Shown: one piece after another, positions 54,732 to 64,000 of the stretch
Numbering within the stretch: position 1 is the first letter of the stretch
Layout of the letters: each line of letters opens with the position of its first letter
Assembly: GCA_963713865.1 (NCBI GenBank)
Contig: OY970208.1
Span: forward strand, 1,280,001 to 1,344,000
DNA length: 64,000 nucleotides
Direction: 5' to 3'
DNA from: an uncultured candidate division Zixibacteria bacterium
GTDB taxonomy: Bacteria; Zixibacteria; MSB-5A5; RBG-16-43-9
The notes under the pieces: generated by a model
The model's input: only the letters and a program-made list of their open reading frames with translations
Told to the model about the DNA's origin: nothing
The model's database searches: none
Made by a program: the position numbers and the translations under genes

Positions 54732-56066
54732 ATGCTGAGAAAAATATCTCTATATATAATAGTTTTAATTTTACTCTTTACAATCAAAGGTTTCAGTCAA
54801 GAGATAATACCCCCTGATTCTACCTATTGGGAAGTTGAAGAGGTTTCTGCGGGAAACTTCTTTGGAGCGGGTGCCCGGGCTATGGGTATGGGAGGTGCCC
54901 AGATTGCAACCGCAGATGATGCCTCAGCTTTAGTTTATAATCCTGCTTTACTAGCAAAAATCAAAAGAATTGAATTCTCAGGAGCAATGACACATCAAAG
55001 GTTAAAAAATGAGACTGGGTTCACAGGTAATTTTCAGCCCATAAGCTCATTTCCCCAGAAAGAGAGCATAACTCAATCGAACACTCGTTTCAGTTCTGCA
55101 AATATAGTTTTACCAGTTCCAACTTATAGAGGTAGTCTGGTTTTTGCTCTGGGATTTAATCGGATGAAAAGCTTCGACCGGGCTTACCATTCGGTATTAT
55201 CTGATCCTTCGAGTGGGACAATTGATTTAGATGCTTCAGTTCTTGAGACCGGTGGGATAAACATGTGGTCATTTGGTGGTGCCTTGGACCTTTCTCCGAA
55301 TGTCTCTATTGGTGGTGCTATAAATTATTGGCAGGGAGAGGATGACTACCTTCAAGATTATTATTTATTGAACCCAAACGAACTAAATGGGTATGAAGTT
55401 TGGGAAAAAAACCGTTATTTAAATAGCTATTCAGGATGGAATGGAAAATTGGGATTTTCGGTTCAGCCCAACAAGTACTTGAGTTTAGGTGCGGTGGTAG
55501 ATTTTCCTACGATATTTTCCATTAACCAGGATTACTCCTTTAATTACGATAGTCTTAATGCAACGGCTGATACTGAATGGGTGTCTGAGTATGAACAATT
55601 TGGACATTATGACCTGACCCATCCTTATTCTTTTGGAGTAGGAACTGCTTTGAGCTTTAAATATTTTACTCTGGCAGGGGATATTTATTATACGGACTGG
55701 TCTCAGCTTGAGCCGAAAGCAAGAGAAGGGGTAGATCTAAAACTCTACAAGGAAATTTATCAGAGTGTTACACGCTGGCATATCGGAGCTGAGGTTGTCT
55801 TACCAGAGATTAGCACTAAATTTAGAATAGGTTTTTATAAGGATCCTCTACCCTATAAAGCTATCGACCTTAAAACTGGTTTCAACTATCTTGAAACTGA
55901 CCGCAAGTATTTTACCCTGGGGGCTGGATTTTTAATCGACCAGGTGATGACGTTGGATATTGCCTGGAACCATGGTTTTTATGAATTTAGAGATAACTGG
56001 GTCTGGTTTAGAAAAGAAGCCTATACTACGGATAAGATTTTTGTTGGATTGGCTTATAGATTATAA
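54732..56066 (+). CDS. FadL/OmpP1-type outer-membrane transport protein
   Basis: GARAMGMGGA..A.ADDASA..YNPA motif; terminal YRL. Confidence 0.8.
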   Translation: MLRKISLYIIVLILLFTIKGFSQEIIPPDSTYWEVEEVSAGNFFGAGARAMGMGGAQIATADDASALVYNPALLAKIKRIEFSGAMTHQRLKNETGFTGNFQPISSFPQKESITQSNTRFSSANIVLPVPTYRGSLVFALGFNRMKSFDRAYHSVLSDPSSGTIDLDASVLETGGINMWSFGGALDLSPNVSIGGAINYWQGEDDYLQDYYLLNPNELNGYEVWEKNRYLNSYSGWNGKLGFSVQPNKYLSLGAVVDFPTIFSINQDYSFNYDSLNATADTEWVSEYEQFGHYDLTHPYSFGVGTALSFKYFTLAGDIYYTDWSQLEPKAREGVDLKLYKEIYQSVTRWHIGAEVVLPEISTKFRIGFYKDPLPYKAIDLKTGFNYLETDRKYFTLGAGFLIDQVMTLDIAWNHGFYEFRDNWVWFRKEAYTTDKIFVGLAYRL

Positions 56067-56264
56067 GAAGTTCAAAGTTTAATAGTTCAATGGTTTAAGG
56101 GTAGGGGTTCAAAATCTTGAACCCCTACGATTATTTTGTAGGGACAATTTTCAGATGGATCCATACTGGACATGAATTGTCTCTACAATTTATTTGTCAT
56201 TGCGAGAAGTTCTGCCAAAGGCGGAACGAGGAAATAATCCGTCTCCTGCATAGTAGAGAATTAC

Positions 56265-57050
56265 ATGATTGATGCTCATGTCCATTTAGAAAAGGGTCCA
56301 TATAATTTAGACTGGTTACAAAAATTTATAAACACTGCCATAAAAAGGGGGATTTCAGAATTATATCTGCTTGAACACTCCCACAAATTTATTGAGTTTA
56401 AGCCGATTTACAAATATGTGATTATGGATGAAACTATTGTTGGAAGATATCATAGAAGCTGGTTATCTAAACGTTTGAATAAACCTCTGGGGGGATATAA
56501 GGATTTTATTCGGGCTATGCGTCAAGGCTCTTTTCCCATAAAGATCAAATTCGGCCTGGAGATATGTTATTTCCCTGATTGTGAGGAACAGGTCAAGCAG
56601 ATTATTTCTAATTTTGACTGGGATTTTTTAACTGGTGCTGTTCACTGGATAGACGGCTGGGGATTTGACCATCTACCAATAAAAGAATCATGGATAGGGA
56701 AAGACGTAAATAGTGTGTATAAAAAATACTATGAACTAATGGAAAGACTTATCCAGTCTGATTTATTCGATCATCTTGCCCATCCCGATTCAATAAAATG
56801 TTTTAATTATTATCCAGATTTTGATTTAACAAAAACATATTCGAATCTAGCCAAACTGCTTAAGAAGCATAATATGAAAACGGAGTTCAACCTGGGGCTT
56901 CATATAAATTATGGTCATAAAGAATTTGGACTTAATAAGAAATTACTCTCAATATTGAAACGGGAAAAGGTAGAATTAATAACCGCATCTGATGCCCATA
57001 TCCCTGAAGATGCAGGAAAATATATAAAGAAAGCCACTGGGATCATCTAA
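56265..57050 (+). CDS. PHP-domain phosphatase (histidinol-phosphatase HisJ/HisK family)
   Basis: DAHVH, EH, GAVH, LAHPD and SDAH metal ligands. Confidence 0.8.
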   Translation: MIDAHVHLEKGPYNLDWLQKFINTAIKRGISELYLLEHSHKFIEFKPIYKYVIMDETIVGRYHRSWLSKRLNKPLGGYKDFIRAMRQGSFPIKIKFGLEICYFPDCEEQVKQIISNFDWDFLTGAVHWIDGWGFDHLPIKESWIGKDVNSVYKKYYELMERLIQSDLFDHLAHPDSIKCFNYYPDFDLTKTYSNLAKLLKKHNMKTEFNLGLHINYGHKEFGLNKKLLSILKREKVELITASDAHIPEDAGKYIKKATGII

Positions 57051-57272
57051 CAAAAGTTTGTTATGCAGTAGGTCAGAAATTCCTGTGGCTACGAAGGTTT
57101 TGCCTCTGACCTTTAGGAACAGACAAGTCCTATAACGAATCCGTAGTAAATGTCTGTCTCCCGATTAAAAAAAGCCGTGATTTTTTGGTGGCTTTTTTGT
57201 ATTTTACGTAACAAGAATATTATAGTGGCTTATAATTTGAAGACGCAAATAAACCTTATGGAGATTTAAGAT

Positions 57273-58292
57273 ATGGAAAATAAAGATCAGGATAGGATGA
57301 AACCTGCTGTAAATTCGCCAGGAAATATCCCGTCAAGTGAGAACCAGACTGGGGAAGAAGAGCAGCCGATCAACTCTGTTCCGCTTTTCCGGAAAAAAAG
57401 AGTTGTCATTCCGCTCTTTATATTAGTCGTTGCAGCTATTGTCGTTGTCTGGTACTGGTACGTGAATTTACGCGAGTTCGTTTCGACGGATGATGCTTAT
57501 ATTGACGGAAACAGCGTTTCCCTAAGCACTAAAATCCTGGGGAAGATCGGACAGTTAACCGTGGATGAAGGTGACAGCGTGCAGAAGGGGCAAATCCTGG
57601 TTCGCCTGGATGATTCAGATTTAAGAGCTCAGGAGGAGCAGGCAAAAGCAGTGCTAAAATATTCGGGGAAAAGCGTGTTTCTGGCTAAGATTAATTTAGA
57701 AAAAGCGCAAGAGGATTATCAACGTGCTGAAGTCCTATTTAAGAGCGGCAGCACTCCCAAGGAGGAATTCGACCATAACCGGAAAACGTATGAAGCGGCA
57801 CAGGCACAATACAATATGGCTCTCGCTCAGGTAGGCGTGGCTAAATCCCAGCTTGGGGTTATCCAAACTCAATTGTCAAATACGACCATAACTTCACCCA
57901 TAAATGGCTTAATCGCAAAAAAATGGGCGATGCCCGGAGATGTAATTCAATCCAGTCAGCCGATTTTTACAATCTATGACCTCAAAAATATCTGGGTTAC
58001 TGCAAATTTAGAGGAGACTAAGTTCTCATCCATTCATTTAAATGACCCGGTTGAAATATCGGTGGATGCATATCCGGATGAGCATTTTAAAGGAAAGGTT
58101 ATCCAGCTCGGCTCAAATACGGCTTCCCAATTTTCACTTATCCCACCCAATAATGCCTCCGGTAATTTCACCAAAATCACCCAGCGTATTCCCGTAAAAA
58201 TCTCAATTGAGAATTATGTCTTCAACCAAGGATCAAATCCTACTCCCCTTCTGCCTGGAATGTCTGCAGGAATAAAGATAAAGGTTAAATGA
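57273..58292 (+). CDS. emrA: EmrA/HlyD-family membrane fusion protein
   Basis: STDDAY, FSLIPPNNASGNFTKITQRIPVKI. Confidence 0.9.
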   Translation: MENKDQDRMKPAVNSPGNIPSSENQTGEEEQPINSVPLFRKKRVVIPLFILVVAAIVVVWYWYVNLREFVSTDDAYIDGNSVSLSTKILGKIGQLTVDEGDSVQKGQILVRLDDSDLRAQEEQAKAVLKYSGKSVFLAKINLEKAQEDYQRAEVLFKSGSTPKEEFDHNRKTYEAAQAQYNMALAQVGVAKSQLGVIQTQLSNTTITSPINGLIAKKWAMPGDVIQSSQPIFTIYDLKNIWVTANLEETKFSSIHLNDPVEISVDAYPDEHFKGKVIQLGSNTASQFSLIPPNNASGNFTKITQRIPVKISIENYVFNQGSNPTPLLPGMSAGIKIKVK

Positions 58293-58295
58293 CGA

Positions 58296-59888
58296 ATGCG
58301 AAAAGAGCTTCTCCGGCGAGTGAATTCGCTCGATCATCAGCATGAGTTATACCGCTGGTGGGTGCTTGCCAGTGTGATGATCGGCACTTTCATGGCAGTG
58401 CTGGATGCCACGATCGTGAATGTGGCACTGGCTAAGCTTATGGCTGCATTCGGGGTCAGCGTTGATAAGGTAGAATGGGTAGTAACCGCTTATCTTTTAG
58501 TTTTCGGCGTGATGTTACCCACTTCGGGTTGGGTGGCGGATCATCTTGGATATAAGCGTACGTATCTTTCCGCATTGTTCCTTTTTACGCTGGGCTCGTT
58601 TCTCTGCGGGCTTGCCTGGAATGAGAATGCCCTGATCTTTTTTCGGATCATCCAGGGGATAGGTGCAGGTTTTTTGATGCCCGTTGGAATGGCAATCGTT
58701 ACCCGTGAATTCCCTCCGGAGAAGCGCGGTGTGGCTCTTGGCTTCTGGGCAATTGCAGCGGCTGCTTCTATCTCCTTAGGACCTCTGATCGGTGGTTATC
58801 TGATCGATAATTTCAGCTGGCATGCTATCTTTGATGTAAACGTTCCGGTCGGCGGGTTCGGAATGCTTGCCACCTGGATTATTCAGCGGGAATACAAAAC
58901 AGAGAAGGTCCGCTCCTTCGACCTTTTAGGGTTTGTCTCCCTGGGCGTATTTCTGGTCTTTCTCCTGCTGGCGCTGTCTGAGGGGAACGCTTCCTGGAAT
59001 ACGGGCGGATGGACCTCGAGCTTTATTCTATCTTGCTTTGCTTTTTCACTGGTTGGGTTAATGGTATTCCTGACAACGGAATTAACAGTTGAGCATCCGC
59101 TGATCGAGCTGGACCTCTTCAGAAATTTCAACTTTACGATAACCAATATTGTCCTGTTCATCTTCGGACTGGGGATGTTCGGCAGCACTTTTTTGCTCCC
59201 TCTCTACCTTCAAAATGCGCTTGGTTATACTGCGCTTCAGGCCGGAGCGGTGTTTCTACCTGTAGGGATATTGCAGGGGCTCGTGTCTCCAATTTCAGGT
59301 CTTCTTTCGGATAGGATAAATCCAAAAATTCCAGCCATAGTAGGCATTATTTTGTTGACAATCAGCCTGTATTTGAACAGTTTCCTCTCCCTTTTTTCCG
59401 AGCACGCCCAGATAGTGTTTCCGCTATATCTCCGTGGTTTTGCCATGGGACTTCTCTTTACACCTCTCAGCACCATAGCGCTCTCCGATATTCCCAAACA
59501 TAAAATAGCACAGGCCTCCGGTTTATTCAATGTCATCCGGCAGATCGGGGGTAGTTTCGGCGTAGCGATCTTGGGCAGTTTGCTTATCCGCAGGCAACTT
59601 TTCCATTCGTCAATGTATAGCCAGGAGGTGAATAAATACTCACCCGTATTCAAGCACATCTCTTATAACCTTCAGCATTTTATCCAGTACTCAGCTGGTG
59701 GCACGGTGGTCGACGCTTCAAGCCGCGCCAATGCTTTGATCAGTTCACATCTGGCGCAGCAAGCCTATGTGCAGTCTATAAATGATGATTTCTTTTTCGC
59801 GGCAATAGTTGTCTCCCTGGGCATCGTGCCGATTATGCTTATCCGTTTAAGAAAACCAAAAGAAAAAGGACCTGTACCGGACAGGTGA
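58296..59888 (+). CDS. emrB: EmrB/QacA DHA2 MFS efflux permease
   Basis: FMAVLDATIVNVAL, WVVTAY, RQIGGSFG. Confidence 0.9.
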   Translation: MRKELLRRVNSLDHQHELYRWWVLASVMIGTFMAVLDATIVNVALAKLMAAFGVSVDKVEWVVTAYLLVFGVMLPTSGWVADHLGYKRTYLSALFLFTLGSFLCGLAWNENALIFFRIIQGIGAGFLMPVGMAIVTREFPPEKRGVALGFWAIAAAASISLGPLIGGYLIDNFSWHAIFDVNVPVGGFGMLATWIIQREYKTEKVRSFDLLGFVSLGVFLVFLLLALSEGNASWNTGGWTSSFILSCFAFSLVGLMVFLTTELTVEHPLIELDLFRNFNFTITNIVLFIFGLGMFGSTFLLPLYLQNALGYTALQAGAVFLPVGILQGLVSPISGLLSDRINPKIPAIVGIILLTISLYLNSFLSLFSEHAQIVFPLYLRGFAMGLLFTPLSTIALSDIPKHKIAQASGLFNVIRQIGGSFGVAILGSLLIRRQLFHSSMYSQEVNKYSPVFKHISYNLQHFIQYSAGGTVVDASSRANALISSHLAQQAYVQSINDDFFFAAIVVSLGIVPIMLIRLRKPKEKGPVPDR

Positions 59889-60183
59889 TGTTACATCCTT
59901 TAAGTTTATTTCGGAAAGGCACAGATAAAATCATCTGACCAATAATGTACATTTTTAAGAGAAAAACCGTTCTTTTTCAGATTGCTTTTTGTATATTACG
60001 TAATGATGACTAATGGCTGGTAGGGGCATCCGTCTATGGCGCGGGATGCCCTTTGTTGTATTTGTCATTGCGAGGAGTCCATCTTTAATCGAACGACGAA
60101 GTAATCTATAGAATTGTGAGGACAGATCACTGTTCTGTCCCTACGCTAAAACGACTTGCAATGACAGTTATAAAGATTAACAT

Positions 60184-61417
60184 ATGGTAGAACTGATTAA
60201 GATATTCATCGTCTTTGTATTTTTAGTCATCTTAATCAAGAAGAAAGTTCAGATTGGCTATACTCTTCTTCTGGGCTCAATCTTCTTGGGGGTTTTATTT
60301 TCCTTGCCGGTCTTTGGACTCATAAAGAATATCTTTAAAGCCACAATCGAATGGGATACTCTTCATCTTTTATTCATAGTTATCTTGGTCACCATATTCG
60401 GTGGGGTACTAAAATTCACCCAAAGCTTGAGGGACATAACTGATTCCTTAGAGAATCTGGTTAAAGACACCAGGACTATTTTGGCTCTGCTACCTGCCCT
60501 GATCGGGATACTTCCCATGCCGGGAGGAGCGATGATGTCTGCCCCGATGATAGAAGAGGTGGGTTCACGGAAGAATATTTCACCGGAGATTAAAGCAGCC
60601 TTTAACTACTGGTTCAGACATATCATGGAATTTGTATTTCCTTTATATCAGGGAGTGATCATCGCCTCAGTAATTTTAAAAGTCCCGGTGAGTAAGATAA
60701 TTCTGGCTCAGGTACCGATGAGTTTGACCATGCTTTTTGCAGGAGTATTTTTCCTGTGGGGAAAGGTTAAAGTGGGTAAAGAAGAAAACAAGAACCAGAA
60801 AAAAACGATGGAGAACTTACTTTTATTTCTGAAAAGTATCTGGGGAATACTCTTAGCAGTTGTTTTGAATCTTTTCTCCGGAATAGACCTTTTGTGGGCG
60901 CTGCTTTTCAGTGTTGTTTTGTTCGCTGCCCTGAACGGGGTAAAACCTTCTTCTTCCCTGAAAATAGTCCGTGAAAATGTTACCTGGGAAATAATTATGT
61001 TGATCCTGGGTATTATGATCTTTAAAAAAGTAATTGAAGTTTCTGGAGCAGTGACAGTTATACCTCATACTCTTTCTACCTGGGGGATCTCACCTGTTCT
61101 GGTTATCTGTCTGGTTCCATTTGCAGTTGGGGCTCTGACTGGAGTTACCACTGCTTTTATCGGGATTTCATATCCGATACTATTAAGCTTTTTGAAGCCG
61201 GATGGGATAAACTACGGGTATGCTATGTTAGCTTATGCTGCTGGTTTCATTGGGGTAATGGCTTCTCCAGTTCATTTATGTTCTGGTTTTAACCAAAGAT
61301 TATTTCAAAGCCACGTTTTCCGGAATTTATAGATTGATTATTCCTCCATCAATCGTCCTGATGTTAGTTGCACTCGCTTTAGTTCTCCTGGGGTATCCCT
61401 GGGGCAGGATTGGTTAA
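60184..61417 (+). CDS. DUF401-family membrane protein; +1 frameshift at ~61282
   Basis: LPMPGGA..SAP, NYWFRH and SPVHLC, continued by LVLTKDYF in the +1 frame. Confidence 0.8.
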
Positions 61418-61777
61418 ATAATCAGCACTGGAGTGTAAAGCTTTAGCTTTACCCTTGGTTTGTTTTTTCCGTCGGGTCAGGGGACCCGACGGTCACATAT
61501 AAATCATAATTCTTTTTCGTAGTACGACCCCTTCAGGGTCGCCTGACTCTTAGAGTTTATATAGTCAGAGCTTATTTCGGATGTTTTATCTTTCATTGGA
61601 TATAAAGTGCATTATCAAACAAGTAAACCCACGTTTTCCTCATCGTGGGTCAATTTAACCGCCTTGCGGGCAGGGCGGGAATACCAATGATTGATCTGCA
61701 AAATTTCTTAAACAAAAAAGGGAACTTTAAGTATATTAAATTGTATAGACTTAATAGAAAAGGGAGAGATTCCTTAG

Positions 61778-62398
61778 ATGGAGCAAAGTCAAAATCGACC
61801 TCAAGGTCAATATCGACTGTCGGACAAGGAATTGATGGAAAGGTTTCTAAAGGGTGAGGTGGAGGGGTTTAATCTCCTGGTTAAAAATTATAAAGTAAAG
61901 CTATTTAACCTGCTTTACCGTCTGTTAGGGAACCGGGAGGAGGCTGAGGATATCTTGCAAGAAACTTTTTTCAGGGTATACCGGGAAAGAGAAAGTTTCG
62001 ATTTCAATTATTCTTTCTCCACCTGGATTTATACCATAGCCCTAAACCTGTTTAAAAATGTGTATAAGAAAAGAAAAAGAGTCAGATTTACAGGAATAGA
62101 TGCTTTGTTAAATCGACCGGACCCGAACTCGGAGAATTTTGGTAATAAAAACCGTTTAAACACTATATTGGAAAGAGAAATGTTCTCTCTTCCCTTGAAA
62201 TACAAAAGCGTTTTTCTTTTAAGGGAAGTAGACCAGCTTAGTTATGAGGAGGTTGCACTGGCATTAAATCTACCTTTGGGGACCGTGAAGTCCAGGGTTA
62301 ACCGAGCCAGGAGGATTTTGCAAAAAAGGTTAAGACCGATGATGGAGGAATGCTATGAGTTGTCGAAAAATTCGCCGCTCTCTATCCCGATATTATAG
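61778..62398 (+). CDS. ECF sigma factor (RpoE/SigW-like)
   Basis: AEDILQETF, FSTWIYTIALN, GTVKSRVNRAR; possible GGAACTT -35 at 61721. Confidence 0.92.
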   Translation: MEQSQNRPQGQYRLSDKELMERFLKGEVEGFNLLVKNYKVKLFNLLYRLLGNREEAEDILQETFFRVYRERESFDFNYSFSTWIYTIALNLFKNVYKKRKRVRFTGIDALLNRPDPNSENFGNKNRLNTILEREMFSLPLKYKSVFLLREVDQLSYEEVALALNLPLGTVKSRVNRARRILQKRLRPMMEECYELSKNSPLSIPIL

Positions 62399-63063
62399 AG
62401 GCGAGCTTTCCCAGGAGAAAGAAAAATTAGTTATCCAGCATATTCAGGTTTGCGAGGGTTGTGCCAGAGAGGCTCAAAGGTATCAAACTTTAAAGGAAGC
62501 AGTTCAGAACCTGAAACTTTTTGAACCATCAACTGATTTTGAAGCAAATCTTGAACGGAAAATAAGAGAACTGCCTTGTTCTGGAGAAAAAAGATAAGAA
62601 AAAAGCCCTGGTTACTTCTTTTCCATCATTTAGATGGGTTTTTATACCAGCAATAGCTGTGGCTATTGCTTTAGTCTTACTTTTAAAAGGTGGATTTCGT
62701 AACTCGCAGACCACACTTCCATTAAAAGAGACTGAGATTGCCAAGATAGATACTATGGTTAACGAAAATAAAAAAATAAATTTACCGGTGGAGGATTCGT
62801 TTCTTCAAAAAGATGACCAAAAGATGGTTTCGGTAAAACTTCCCGGAGAAAGAAAAGGTAGTTCGAAAGCAGTTTTCGTGCTGGACAATATGAGATTGTC
62901 AGATTTAGAGCGATTGCCTGATAGCAGATTAGCGGAAGATAGATTAAACAATTATGTTATGGATGCGGTTAAGTTAAGACCGGTAGATTATAAATCATCG
63001 AATGATGGATATATCTTGCCTGCGGTTTCAACCAGTGAAACCGAAGCTAAAATCAGCTATTGA
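62355..63063 (+). CDS. Zinc-binding (zf-HC2/ZAS) membrane anti-sigma factor; +1 frameshift at ~62580
   Basis: HIQVCEGC; the +1 frame gives a TM helix and a periplasmic tail. Confidence 0.8.
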
Positions 63064-63078
63064 TTAAAGGAGGTTTAT

Positions 63079-64000
63079 ATGAAGATAAAAGTTTGGTTTA
63101 GCTTGAGTTTATTAGCACTTTTATCACTGTTCTTCAGTCGATTTCAAGCTGGTTCTATAGGGATGATGAATTCAGCTTCAGCTCAGGGGGTTTTAGAATC
63201 GTTAGAGGAGAATATCACTAATCTGGTAGAATCGGTCAAACCATCTCTGGTAACGATTGAAGCTGAGGTATTTCCTGGAAATAGAGAAAACCCCACACAG
63301 CTTACCTCTTTTGTGGGTTCGGGAGTAGTCTATTCCTCAGATGGATATATTCTAACCACTTCCAGTGTAGTTCGCGGGATGAAGGATTTTAAAGTTACCC
63401 TTTCCAATGACAAAAGTTATCGGGCAAAGTTGATAGGGACTGATTTCCAGACTAATTTAGCGGTTTTGAAAATCGAGTCTCAGGGATTAAGGATAACTAA
63501 ATTTGGAAATTCGGATAGAATTAGAGAGGGTTCCTGGGTGACAGTGGTTGGAAATTCATACGGGCTTCCAACCGCGGTTTCATTCGGGATAGTTAATGGA
63601 ATAAGAAATGATAAGACTATTCAGATGAGCGCAAATGTCAGTCCGGGTAACAGCGGTGGTCCGGTTTTGAATACCCGGGGAGAGGTAATAGGTCTTGTTT
63701 CTGCCAAGCTCTCTGAGCCTTCAACTATAGATGCTTTTAGATTATATGAAGAGGAAGGAAAAAGAACATTTGATTTTCCTCCTACCCAGATCGAGATCCC
63801 CTCATCCGGGATTTCCCTGGCAATTCCCATAAATCTGGTGAGGCAGAAGGCTGACTGGATAATCAAAAATGGCACAAGTATCGAGAGGGGGTATCTGGGC
63901 GTATATTTAGAGGATTTAGATAAGGAGACTAAAGAGGAGATGGATGTAAATGGGGGGGTTTTGATAGCCGGGGTAGTGGAGGGGAGTCCGGCTGAGAAAT
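63079..64000 (+). CDS. HtrA/DegP-like trypsin-PDZ protein, runs off the window; catalytic His and Asp appear substituted
   Basis: GSGVV..DGYILT, GNSGGP, RGYLGV (PDZ start); RBS aaggagg. Confidence 0.88.
   Translation, partial: MKIKVWFSLSLLALLSLFFSRFQAGSIGMMNSASAQGVLESLEENITNLVESVKPSLVTIEAEVFPGNRENPTQLTSFVGSGVVYSSDGYILTTSSVVRGMKDFKVTLSNDKSYRAKLIGTDFQTNLAVLKIESQGLRITKFGNSDRIREGSWVTVVGNSYGLPTAVSFGIVNGIRNDKTIQMSANVSPGNSGGPVLNTRGEVIGLVSAKLSEPSTIDAFRLYEEEGKRTFDFPPTQIEIPSSGISLAIPINLVRQKADWIIKNGTSIERGYLGVYLEDLDKETKEEMDVNGGVLIAGVVEGSPAEK

Overview
Bacterial chromosomal window, probably from candidate division Zixibacteria. This is an inference from four secreted proteins carrying the C-terminal GDANxDxxxxxSDVVYLINYLFKGGPxP dockerin-like tail; the 16S was not classified. 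Housekeeping and envelope genes include HerA-like ATPase, TldD/TldE, UvrC, two Ogt/AdaB, AdaA, CspA, M6/C1/M16 peptidases, MscS x2, EmrAB, PEP-CTERM and an ECF sigma/anti-sigma/HtrA cluster. There is also tRNA-Thr and a complete rRNA operon. Main finding (9.3-24.4 kb): phage-derived genes (decoration protein, HK97-type capsid, head-tail adaptor-like, virion-appendage-like proteins, GH73 lysin, holin) all lie on the + strand. They are broken into three modules by host genes on the - strand, and no integrase, replication genes or att site are visible. Two modules share a 29-bp upstream motif. This looks like a domesticated, gene-transfer-agent-like system. Other notable points: two protein genes and a tRNA-Ala scar inside the 16S-23S spacer; five +1 frameshifts that all fall on GTTCTGG; an HtrA lacking catalytic His and Asp; dense REP-like and heptamer repeats, one hairpin type also present inside rRNA helices. 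All product calls come from motif recognition, not database searches.
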